Shown here: positions 56,506 through 64,000 of the stretch, piece after piece
Numbering within the stretch: the stretch's first letter is position 1
Layout of the letters: each line of letters starts with the position of its first letter
From: Herpetosiphon sp. NSE202
Lineage (GTDB): Bacteria; Chloroflexota; Chloroflexia; Chloroflexales; Herpetosiphonaceae
Assembly: GCF_042688385.1 (NCBI RefSeq)
Contig: NZ_JBHUPY010000007.1
Span: 2,110-66,109, forward strand
Direction: 5' to 3'
Length of the DNA: 64,000 bases
Program-made: the position numbers and the translations under genes
The notes under the pieces: generated by a model
Seen by the model: the letters and a program-made list of their open reading frames with translations, nothing else
What the model was told of the DNA's origin: nothing
The model's database searches: none

Positions 56506-57447
56506 TTAGTTGCTATGATTAATCCCCAAGGGTAGGCCAATTTCGGCATAAATGGCTTGGCTCTCAGCATTGGCAGGCAAAAAAGCCACAATTTGTGGAA
56601 AATCAAATTGAAAATAGCCCGCCGACATTAATAAAGGTCGCAACCAAGCTCGCTTGGGCGTTGGCTGGGTATGCGGAATTAGCGCCTCAAGCACAATCGT
56701 TGGTGATTCAAAGCCGCCGCTTGGGGGCAGAATTGGTTTATCAAGGCTGACGGTTGGCCAGTGGCTGGCAAATTCGGGCAATTGTAACAAGCGTGCAACC
56801 AATTGTTGATACCACGGCTCATATTGACACAGCAGATTGGCCTGTTTAAAGCCATAGATCGTTTTGCGCAGCATATGCTGCCACGAAGCCCGATTCTGAA
56901 TCAACTGCTGGTAGAGCGGCAAGGTGGGATCGCATAAGAGACCCAAAACATTCAACTGGGTTGGATCAATCGCCGCCAGCATTTCGGGAGTTATGCCAAA
57001 TAAATTGAGTAAATGCTGATTGAAATAGTGCATCTGCCAATCGCGATTAATCACAAACGCTGGCATGCTCAGTTGCTGCACAATTTCAATCGTAATTTCA
57101 AGAATTGGGCTGAGTGCCGCGCCGGTCAGATACGGCATAATTGGCGAGCTATCAGCGGCAATTAATAAGCGATTGCGCTCCTCGATTGTACAATTCAGAT
57201 AATCGCCAATATCCATTACCACTTCGCGGCGCGGCGGGCGCGTAATGCGGCCTTTGCGCATCTGTTTGTAGCTGCTATAGACCATATCTTCGAGTTCGGT
57301 GCGGTTCCAAGTGCGTGGCCCCCAAGGGTCGTCGTGTTGCCAACGATTGTGCGGCACGTTGCCCTGTTGACGACGCGCTAACAATTCTTCAACGACCCCG
57401 ACAAACGCCAGACAATCGGGATGCACCAGTTGTTGCCCAAGCGCCAT
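56506..57447 (-). CDS. MmyB-like regulator ligand-binding-domain protein
   Basis: DYLNCTIEERNRLLIAAD and PAFVINRDWQMHYFNQHLLNLFG resemble the MmyB-family HTH end and C-terminal ligand-binding domain. Confidence 0.45.
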   Translation of the reverse strand: MALGQQLVHPDCLAFVGVVEELLARRQQGNVPHNRWQHDDPWGPRTWNRTELEDMVYSSYKQMRKGRITRPPRREVVMDIGDYLNCTIEERNRLLIAADSSPIMPYLTGAALSPILEITIEIVQQLSMPAFVINRDWQMHYFNQHLLNLFGITPEMLAAIDPTQLNVLGLLCDPTLPLYQQLIQNRASWQHMLRKTIYGFKQANLLCQYEPWYQQLVARLLQLPEFASHWPTVSLDKPILPPSGGFESPTIVLEALIPHTQPTPKRAWLRPLLMSAGYFQFDFPQIVAFLPANAESQAIYAEIGLPLGINHSN

Positions 57448-57529
57448 AGACCCTCCCTAATACCCAACTTGTCAAGTTCAAACAAGTACAGTATACTTTA
57501 TTTAAACGTTTAAATAGATGAGGCCAACG

Positions 57530-58462
57530 ATGGCAACGATTAAGGATGTTGCGCAATTAGCAGGGGTTTCATTTGCCACGGTATCGTATGTCTTGAACGA
57601 CAGCATGCCGGTGAGCGAAGCCACGCGCAACAAAGTGCTAGCCGCAGTCACAAAGCTCGGCTATCAACCCCATCGTCAAGGCCGCAATCTACAACGTCAA
57701 CGCACCTTAACCATCGGTGTGCTGCTCCCTCAAGCCAATCTCTTATGTGAAGTTGATTTAGCAACTTGGCTGCTCGAAGCAACCAATGCTGCAACCAGCG
57801 CAGGCTATAGTCTGTTATTGCAACCAGCAGATAGTCAAGCTCGCGGCGATTTGGCTGATGGTTGGATTAGCTTTGGTACGCCCCTCGACCCCCAATTGCC
57901 CCAAGTTTGGGCACTCGCGCCGCCGTTTGATCAACCAGCCGTCTTGTGTGACGCAGCGTTTGCAGCACAGCGCGCGGTCGAAACCTTGACCCATTCGGGT
58001 ATGCGGCGGATTGGCCTGATTACGCTGCCGCGTAGCATTCCAGGCTCGGCGCGTTGGTATCTTGGCTATCGGCGCGCGTTACGGCGGGCGGGCCTTGGCT
58101 TCGACCCAGGCTTAGTGGTTGAGCCAGCAGCCAATCGTTTTCACGATGGCGTAGCGGCCTACGAAACGCTTGCCGCCAGCGAAAACGACTACGATGGCTT
58201 GATTGTCTGTGGCCACCAATTAGCAACCGGAGTTGTGATGGTCGATCACGCCAAAGTGCCAGTGATTGTAAGCCATAGCAGCAGCCAACGCGGCATCTCC
58301 GGCTTTCGCTGGCCAACCGAACTCTGGGCGCACACCTTGGTTCGCAAACTCCTACAACAGCTTGATGGAGCTGCCATTGCCCACCGCACATGGCTTAACC
58401 CAAGCTTGGTCATTGGTTCATTAGGTTTCAAGGAGGATCTCGATGGCTTCAATTACGTTTGA
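57530..58462 (+). CDS. LacI-family transcriptional regulator
   Basis: [23 protein letters not shown] is the LacI HTH, followed by a periplasmic-binding-protein-like sugar-binding core. Confidence 0.85.
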   Translation: MATIKDVAQLAGVSFATVSYVLNDSMPVSEATRNKVLAAVTKLGYQPHRQGRNLQRQRTLTIGVLLPQANLLCEVDLATWLLEATNAATSAGYSLLLQPADSQARGDLADGWISFGTPLDPQLPQVWALAPPFDQPAVLCDAAFAAQRAVETLTHSGMRRIGLITLPRSIPGSARWYLGYRRALRRAGLGFDPGLVVEPAANRFHDGVAAYETLAASENDYDGLIVCGHQLATGVVMVDHAKVPVIVSHSSSQRGISGFRWPTELWAHTLVRKLLQQLDGAAIAHRTWLNPSLVIGSLGFKEDLDGFNYV

Positions 58463-59546
58463 TCACGTTGATAAAGTCTTTGGCGATGTCCATGTGCTCA
58501 AAGATCTCAACATTGATATTCCCGACCAAGAATTTTTGGTGCTGGTTGGCCCTTCAGGCTGTGGTAAATCAACCGCGTTGCGCTGTTTGGCTGGCCTCGA
58601 AGAAATCACCGGCGGCCAAATTATGATCGGGGATCGCGTGGTCAACAATGTTGCGCCCAAAGATCGCGATATTGCCATGGTGTTCCAAAGCTATGCCTTG
58701 TATCCGCACATGACCGTGTTTGATAACATGGCTTTTGGCTTGAAACTGCGCAAAGTGCCCAAGCCCGAAATTAAACGCCGCGTCGAAGAAGCTGCCGAAA
58801 TGATGGCGATCGGCCACTTGCTTGATCGCAAGCCACGCCAACTTTCGGGTGGTCAACGCCAGCGGGTTGCCTTGGGCCGCGCAATCGTCCGCGACCCAGC
58901 CGTCTTCTTGATGGACGAACCACTCTCAAACTTGGATGCCAAGTTGCGGGTGCAAACGCGGGCTGAAATTAGCAAGCTGCACCAACGGCTCAAAACCACC
59001 TTCATCTATGTGACCCACGACCAAACCGAAGCTATGACCATGGGTTCGCGGATTGCGGTTATGCGTGATGGATTGTTGCAACAACTCGATAGCCCGCAAA
59101 CCTTGTACGATCATCCAGTGAACAAATTTGTGGCAGGCTTCATTGGTTCGCCTTCGATGAACTTCATCAAAGGTACCTTGACCAAAGGCGATGGCCGCTT
59201 GTTCTTCGATGGCGGCAGCTTCGCGGTGCCAATTCCCAACAGCCGACGCGCTCATATCGAATCGCATGTTGGCAAAGAAGTTGAGCTTGGTGTGCGCCCA
59301 GAAGACGTGCACGATGCAGCGCTCTTGCCACCAGGCATTAATGGCGATGCAGTCGTCGAAACCACCGTCGATGTGACCGAACCAATGGGTAGCGAAATCT
59401 ACGCTTACCTGCAAAGCGGCCAACACTCGATCATCGGGCGCTTCGACCCCCGAACGTCAGCCCGCCCAGGCCAGCCAATTCGGGCAGTCTACGATATGGA
59501 AAAAATGCATATCTTCGATATCGCCACCGAAAAAGCTTTAGTCTAA
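58443..59546 (+). CDS. Sugar ABC-transporter ATP-binding protein (MalK/MsmK-like) with a C-terminal TOBE domain
   Basis: GPSGCGKST (Walker A), [14 protein letters not shown] (signature), [11 protein letters not shown] (Walker B). No permease or binding-protein genes are adjacent. Confidence 0.9.
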   Translation: MASITFDHVDKVFGDVHVLKDLNIDIPDQEFLVLVGPSGCGKSTALRCLAGLEEITGGQIMIGDRVVNNVAPKDRDIAMVFQSYALYPHMTVFDNMAFGLKLRKVPKPEIKRRVEEAAEMMAIGHLLDRKPRQLSGGQRQRVALGRAIVRDPAVFLMDEPLSNLDAKLRVQTRAEISKLHQRLKTTFIYVTHDQTEAMTMGSRIAVMRDGLLQQLDSPQTLYDHPVNKFVAGFIGSPSMNFIKGTLTKGDGRLFFDGGSFAVPIPNSRRAHIESHVGKEVELGVRPEDVHDAALLPPGINGDAVVETTVDVTEPMGSEIYAYLQSGQHSIIGRFDPRTSARPGQPIRAVYDMEKMHIFDIATEKALV

Positions 59547-59552
59547 ACATAG

Positions 59553-59600
59553 GCTTCGGCGAAGCCTAAACATCAGCGCAGCATGGTTCATGCTGCGCTG
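59553..59600 (+). terminator. Rho-independent terminator
   Basis: atcagcgcagcatg-gtt-catgctgcgctgat is a perfect 14-bp stem followed by ttgcgttt. Confidence 0.6.
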
Positions 59601-59695
59601 ATTTGCGTTTAAATTCACCCTTGACAATCACTATAATTCCTTTAAACTCATGCTTTAAACCTAACATATAAAAACATCCCACAAGGAGGTTGTTT

Positions 59696-60865
59696 ATGAA
59701 CAAGCCTATCATACAAATACAGTATGATCAAATGCAGCAGATCGCCAAACGCTTCGATCAACAAATGCAAAAGGTTAATAATATCAATCAAATGCTTCAA
59801 CAGACGGTAGCTAACCTAAGGAATGGTGCTTGGCAAGGTCAAGCAGCCCAAGCATTCTTCAAAGAGTTTGAGACCGAAATTACCCCAACACTTCAACGCT
59901 TGGTTCAGGTTTTTGAGACCCACCAATCAGTAACCATCGAAATTGGTAAACTCTTCAAAACTCACGAAGAGGAAGCCGCACGCTTATTTCAGCATGAACC
60001 CAATGGGGTAATGGCAAGTAAACAACGTGGCAAAGGGGTCTTTGCTAGCCCACCAAACGAAGATCCAGAAGTCGCTGATGTTCATGATCCAAGTCGCGAT
60101 TTCAAAATATTTGGTCACACAATTTTCAAATATGAATATGCTCCTCAATACAAAACATTTAAAGGTCAAATTAGTCCTGACGGGATTAGTTCCAGCGATG
60201 TAAAACAGGGAAGTCTTGGCGATTGTTACTTTATGGCTGCTCTAGCCTCGGTTGCCCAGCAAAATCCTAATTTGATTAAAAATGCGATTGCTGATAATGG
60301 TGATGGTACCTATACTGTCACCCTGTATGAAAAGGGGAAACCAGTACAAATAACCGTTGATTCAGATTTCCCAGTGCGCCAAGATTCAAAGGGCAACCCA
60401 ACCATGATTCCAGCATATGCCAATACTGGCAGTACCAATGATGAATTATGGCCAATGATTCTAGAAAAGGCCTATGCGCAACATACCAAAAATAGCTATG
60501 AAAAAATTGAGGGTGGATGGCCAGGCGATGCGGTTGAATTATTAACTGGTAAGGCTCCAACTGAAATCAGCACCGCAGCATCAACTCCTGAACAAACCAA
60601 AACCGTCTTACAAGACTTAAATACTCGGATTAGCAACGGTGATAGTGTTACAGTTGCAACCCGCTCTGAAGGTTTGTTTGAAAGTTCATCAGGTTGGCCA
60701 TCAAAGGTCGTCCCTAATCATGCATACTCAATTGAAAAAGTCGATGTTGCCAACGGCATGATTTATCTGCATAATCCATGGGGAACAATGCATAATCCTC
60801 AACCAATGAGCCTTGATGATTTTAATAAATACTATACCTATACTGCGGTAAATCAGCTTAAGTAA
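59696..60865 (+). CDS. WXG100 (ESAT-6-like) N-terminal domain fused to a calpain-type cysteine protease (peptidase C2) domain; putative T7SS-exported polymorphic toxin
   Basis: AAGGAGG at 59683-59689 sits 6 nt before the ATG. The N-terminal 95 aa form a helical hairpin with W-x-G (LRNGAWQGQAAQAF). The C-terminus has QGSLGDCYFMAALAS (calpain Cys motif QGxLGDCW), NHAYSI (His) and HNPWG (Asn, calpain RNPWG). The region is conspicuously AT-rich. Confidence 0.8.
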   Translation: MNKPIIQIQYDQMQQIAKRFDQQMQKVNNINQMLQQTVANLRNGAWQGQAAQAFFKEFETEITPTLQRLVQVFETHQSVTIEIGKLFKTHEEEAARLFQHEPNGVMASKQRGKGVFASPPNEDPEVADVHDPSRDFKIFGHTIFKYEYAPQYKTFKGQISPDGISSSDVKQGSLGDCYFMAALASVAQQNPNLIKNAIADNGDGTYTVTLYEKGKPVQITVDSDFPVRQDSKGNPTMIPAYANTGSTNDELWPMILEKAYAQHTKNSYEKIEGGWPGDAVELLTGKAPTEISTAASTPEQTKTVLQDLNTRISNGDSVTVATRSEGLFESSSGWPSKVVPNHAYSIEKVDVANGMIYLHNPWGTMHNPQPMSLDDFNKYYTYTAVNQLK

Positions 60866-60889
60866 TATTTTAATTGAAGGATAAAAGTT

Positions 60890-61306
60890 ATGCGTTTTAG
60901 GCTATTATTAAGCATTTTTATCATCATAATGAGCGGATGTGGTACTACCCAACAGGAGCAAGCAACCATGACAAGCGAAGCAACGCGTTTTATTCAACAA
61001 ATGACGGTTAGCCAAGGCACACTCTATCGCACCGAAAATCAATTTGGCATTGGTCTAGAGTTTGTTGAAAATGGCGAATATACCGATGAGCAAGGCCAAA
61101 GCCAAAAGGGCGTATTTGCTCGCATTTCGGTCGGTGATGAAACCCAAACCGACCCTACATATCGTGCCGCGAGCATTATTGTGCATGAAGGCAGTATTTT
61201 CGAGGCTGGCGGACGCTACGAGGTGATTGAACTGCATAAAGGTTCATCAAATGGCATGCCTGGCTCGAATAGTAGTTATATGGTTTTTGGCAAATTAGCC
61301 GATTAA
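60890..61306 (+). CDS. Small lipoprotein (138 aa) immediately downstream of the WXG100-calpain gene; candidate immunity/inhibitor protein
   Basis: MRFRLLLSIFIIIMSGCG is a signal peptide plus lipobox. The gene is AT-rich and lies 24 nt after the toxin stop. Confidence 0.55.
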   Translation: MRFRLLLSIFIIIMSGCGTTQQEQATMTSEATRFIQQMTVSQGTLYRTENQFGIGLEFVENGEYTDEQGQSQKGVFARISVGDETQTDPTYRAASIIVHEGSIFEAGGRYEVIELHKGSSNGMPGSNSSYMVFGKLAD

Positions 61307-61384
61307 TTTCAGCCCTATCAACGGTATAATAAAAACTGGTGGATGTCACAATCCATCAGTTTTCATTTTAGTGGAATCAAATCT

Positions 61385-62038
61385 ATGCCAAACCAAGCCT
61401 TCGTTGCGGCGCTCCAAGCGCAACTCGCCAATTTAAACCACGATGATGAAGCGCGCGCACGGCTGTTGCCAACCTTCGATAATGGCAACCCGAGCCGTAA
61501 TTTATTGCCTCCAGCCAACATCCAGCCACGGCATGGCGCTGTACTGGCCTTGCTCTACCCTGAGGCCGAGCAATTATTTGTGCCATTAACCGTGCGCAGT
61601 GGCAACTTGCGCAGCCATACTGGCGAAATCTCGCTGCCTGGCGGCTCGATTGACCCAAGCGATGCCAGCCCCGAGGCCGCCGCCCTGCGCGAAGCCCACG
61701 AAGAAATTGGCCTACACATCGATCAGCCGACAATTATTGGGCGGCTCAGCGAGTTGTATGTGCCAGTTAGTAATTTTCTGATTACGCCAATTGTGGCATG
61801 GCTTGATCATGCTCCCAATTTAGCGCCAAATCCCAGCGAGGTTGCTGCCGTGCTGCATTTGCCATTACACCAGCTTTGGGCCGCCGATGCGGTGCAAACC
61901 GAAGAGCGAATGATCCGCGGCGTAGCCTTGCAAGTGCCCCACTACCCCTATGGCGAGCACAAAATTTGGGGCGCAACCTCAATTATTCTGACCCAATTAG
62001 CCTTACGCGCCCAAGCTGCGCTGCAACAAATAGTATAA
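61385..62038 (+). CDS. NUDIX hydrolase, CoA pyrophosphatase-like (NudL)
   Basis: ISLPGGSIDPSDASPEAAALREAHEEIGL is a Nudix box with the CoAse-type upstream motif. Confidence 0.75.
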   Translation: MPNQAFVAALQAQLANLNHDDEARARLLPTFDNGNPSRNLLPPANIQPRHGAVLALLYPEAEQLFVPLTVRSGNLRSHTGEISLPGGSIDPSDASPEAAALREAHEEIGLHIDQPTIIGRLSELYVPVSNFLITPIVAWLDHAPNLAPNPSEVAAVLHLPLHQLWAADAVQTEERMIRGVALQVPHYPYGEHKIWGATSIILTQLALRAQAALQQIV

Positions 62039-62069
62039 TGGCGACCTAATCACTTAGCGTTGAGAGCCA

Positions 62070-63107
62070 ATGAAACGGATTCTTGTTTGTACAGCCCAAG
62101 TGCCTTTTGCCCGTGGTGGAGCCGAATTGCTGGCCGAAGGGCTGGTAACCGCCTTGCGTCACGCTGGCCACGAAGCCGATTTGGTGGCACTGCCCTTCAC
62201 GCGCACGCCGCATCGCGAGTTGCTCAATAGCGCATTGGCCTGGCGCATGCTCGATCTCAGCCACGTCGAAGATCAGCCTGTCGATCAAGTTATCTGTACC
62301 AAATTCCCCTCATATGCGGTTGCGCACCCCAAAAAAGTGGTTTGGTTGGTGCATCAACATCGCCAACTCTACGATTGGCGCGGCACAAACTGGAGCGATT
62401 GGGGCAGCCAACCTGATGATGATCACCTAGCTCGTACATTAACCAAGCTCGATCACCAAGCCTTAGCTGAAGCCAAACGCCGTTTTAGTATCTCCAAAAT
62501 TGTCAGCCAGCGCTTGCAACGCTTCAACGATCTCGCCAGCACGCCACTATATCCACCTTCGATTTATAGCGGGCGCTTGCGCCAAGGCCGCTACGAACCC
62601 TATATTTTGAGCATTTCGCGGCTGGATCAGGCCAAACGGCTCAATCTTTTGCTGCATGCCTTGACCTACACCGAGCAACCAGTTAAGGCGATTATCGGTG
62701 GCCGCGGCCCAGCGATGGCCGAGCTTCAAGCCCTAGCCAAACAGCTTGACCTTGAACAACGGGTTGAGTTTCGCGGCTGGATGGATGATCAAACATTAAT
62801 TGATTTGTATGCTGATGCCCGCGCCGTGTTTTATGCTCCCATCGACGAGGATTTTGGCTTTGCCACCATCGAAGCACTTGAGGCTGCCAAGCCAGTGCTG
62901 ACCGCCCAAGATTCGGGCACGGTTTTAGAATTTATTCACGATGGCAAAACCGGCTTTGTAGCTCCCGCCGAGCCTCGCGCCATGGCCGCGCGGCTTGATG
63001 CACTTTGGCAGTCGCCAGCCTTGGCAGCCCAACTTGGCAGCAATGGCCCAGCAATGGTTGCCAATATTCGCTGGGAGCATGTCGTCAAGCAGCTAGTTTT
63101 AGCGTGA
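62070..63107 (+). CDS. Family 4 glycosyltransferase
   Basis: MKRILVCTAQVPFARGGAEL...; C-terminal EX7E region FGFATIEALEAAKPVLTA. Confidence 0.8.
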   Translation: MKRILVCTAQVPFARGGAELLAEGLVTALRHAGHEADLVALPFTRTPHRELLNSALAWRMLDLSHVEDQPVDQVICTKFPSYAVAHPKKVVWLVHQHRQLYDWRGTNWSDWGSQPDDDHLARTLTKLDHQALAEAKRRFSISKIVSQRLQRFNDLASTPLYPPSIYSGRLRQGRYEPYILSISRLDQAKRLNLLLHALTYTEQPVKAIIGGRGPAMAELQALAKQLDLEQRVEFRGWMDDQTLIDLYADARAVFYAPIDEDFGFATIEALEAAKPVLTAQDSGTVLEFIHDGKTGFVAPAEPRAMAARLDALWQSPALAAQLGSNGPAMVANIRWEHVVKQLVLA

Positions 63108-64000
63108 TTATTCTTTGTAGGTGCGGCCTTTCCAGGTTACGCCGCGCCCCGACCAAATGCGCCACGCTGCTTCTGCCGCTAGCAGCATATAACAGACAAT
63201 TCCCAAGGGAAAAAGCAGCGCATGGCGACGCGACAAGCCATATAATTGCTGCATAAAGCGACCCCAACTCCAAAATGCAAAGCCATTTAACAGCGTAGCC
63301 ATGCCACTCAACAAAAGTTTTGGCCAGAATGTCCAGCGGCGCAGCCAAGCCCACATGCTCAGCAAAGCCAAGCCAAATGGCACAACTCCAACCAAAATCT
63401 GGCGGAAACCAGCCCACGAAGAACGTGCACCGCCATTGCGCAAGCCAGCAATTGCATTTTTAACTAAGCCCTCGCGTACCTCGCTGCCATTGGTGTACAT
63501 GCGCACTCGCAGCAACTCGCCAGCATACACCGCCTTCATCACGCCGCCAGCCCGCACAATTGCTTGGGCCAACTCAACATCCTCAAGCACCCGATCGCGC
63601 ACTGCTGCATGGCCGCCAGCACGCAGGTAGGCGCTGCGCCGCACCAAAATAAACTGGCCATTCGCCAAAACCACGCCGGAGCCAGGCGTATTAACTTTGC
63701 TTACGGGATAGGCCGCCTGAATAATTGAGAAAAACGCAGGCAACAAGGTTTTTTCCCAAAAACTGCCAAGCTCCGAGAAAGGCAAAAATGTCAGCAAATC
63801 GAGCTTTTCTGCTTCAGCATAGGCCAACGCTTGGGCCAACATCGCAGGCTGCGGCTTGGTATCAGCATCAAGAAATAGCAACCATTCGCTCGAACTGGCC
63901 TCGGCCAATTGCCAACAAGCCCAGCATTTGCCAGTCCAGCCAGCAGGTAATGGTTGGCCTTGCAACAAGCGCACCCGTTGATCGTGGGCCGCAACTTCGG
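63108..64000 (-). CDS. Family 2 glycosyltransferase with C-terminal TM helices; the N-terminus lies beyond the window end
   Basis: ..LLFLDADTKP.. (DxD), ..VLANGQFILVRR.. The frame is open to position 64000. Confidence 0.75.
   Translation of the reverse strand, partial: EVAAHDQRVRLLQGQPLPAGWTGKCWACWQLAEASSSEWLLFLDADTKPQPAMLAQALAYAEAEKLDLLTFLPFSELGSFWEKTLLPAFFSIIQAAYPVSKVNTPGSGVVLANGQFILVRRSAYLRAGGHAAVRDRVLEDVELAQAIVRAGGVMKAVYAGELLRVRMYTNGSEVREGLVKNAIAGLRNGGARSSWAGFRQILVGVVPFGLALLSMWAWLRRWTFWPKLLLSGMATLLNGFAFWSWGRFMQQLYGLSRRHALLFPLGIVCYMLLAAEAAWRIWSGRGVTWKGRTYKE

Noticed and set aside
59601-59629. Sigma70 promoter for the WXG100-calpain gene (TATAAT at 59624-59629)
   Set aside because: The -10 box is perfect, but the only TTGACA (59613-59618) is 5 nt away. 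The best -35 at proper spacing is weak (ttaaat). I left it unannotated as a feature. It may be an extended -10 or alternative-sigma promoter.
1-64000. tRNA/rRNA genes
   Set aside because: I scanned intergenic regions for T-psi-C (GTTCRANYC) and acceptor-stem symmetry and for rRNA-like conserved blocks. None were found. The GC-rich hairpins are repeat elements, not tRNAs.

Overview
This 64-kb chromosomal window has mixed GC content and genes on both strands. Gene content and repeat style point to a filamentous Chloroflexi (Herpetosiphon-like) genome; this is inference with no database support. I can support about 50 protein-coding genes, no rRNA, tRNA or CRISPR loci, several rho-independent terminators and one near-consensus sigma70-like promoter. 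Housekeeping genes include pckG (partial), trpF, era, gmk, holB, rluB, rqcH, qor, cphB-cphA (cyanophycin), a beta carbonic anhydrase, a MoxR/DUF58 pair, glycosyltransferases, many GNAT acetyltransferases, and surface beta-propeller lipoproteins (PD40, LVIVD). Almost every operon boundary carries one of two interspersed repeat families. One is a GC-rich inverted-repeat 'ggggtgaggg/cgggcgagggg' element. The other is a modular 'word-mosaic' element built from short reiterated oligos (catagaac, ggatgaa, cgcgaag, ccacagatt, ctctgcgcctctgcgttaaa, atagcc). The two candidates for undescribed systems are as follows. (1) An AT-rich islet (59.6-61.3 kb) encodes a WXG100 (ESAT-6-like) N-terminal domain fused to a calpain-type (peptidase C2) cysteine protease domain with an intact Cys/His/Asn triad. 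A small lipoprotein gene follows it. I read this as a probable T7SS-type polymorphic toxin/immunity pair with a protease toxin domain that, as far as I know, is uncharacterised. (2) A STAND NTPase (11.36-14.23 kb) has a NACHT core and a C-terminal FGE-sulfatase (SUMF1-like) domain. Its N-terminal helical segment resembles the N-terminus of the translationally coupled downstream 204-aa protein, an arrangement typical of NTP-dependent conflict/defence systems. Further oddities are an Era GTPase carrying two N-terminal DUF2283-like units and a poly-acidic linker, an RluB with a C-terminal tail of about 470 aa built from 39-nt tandem repeats ([12 protein letters not shown])n, and a second AT-rich islet with two tandem paralogous polytopic membrane proteins.
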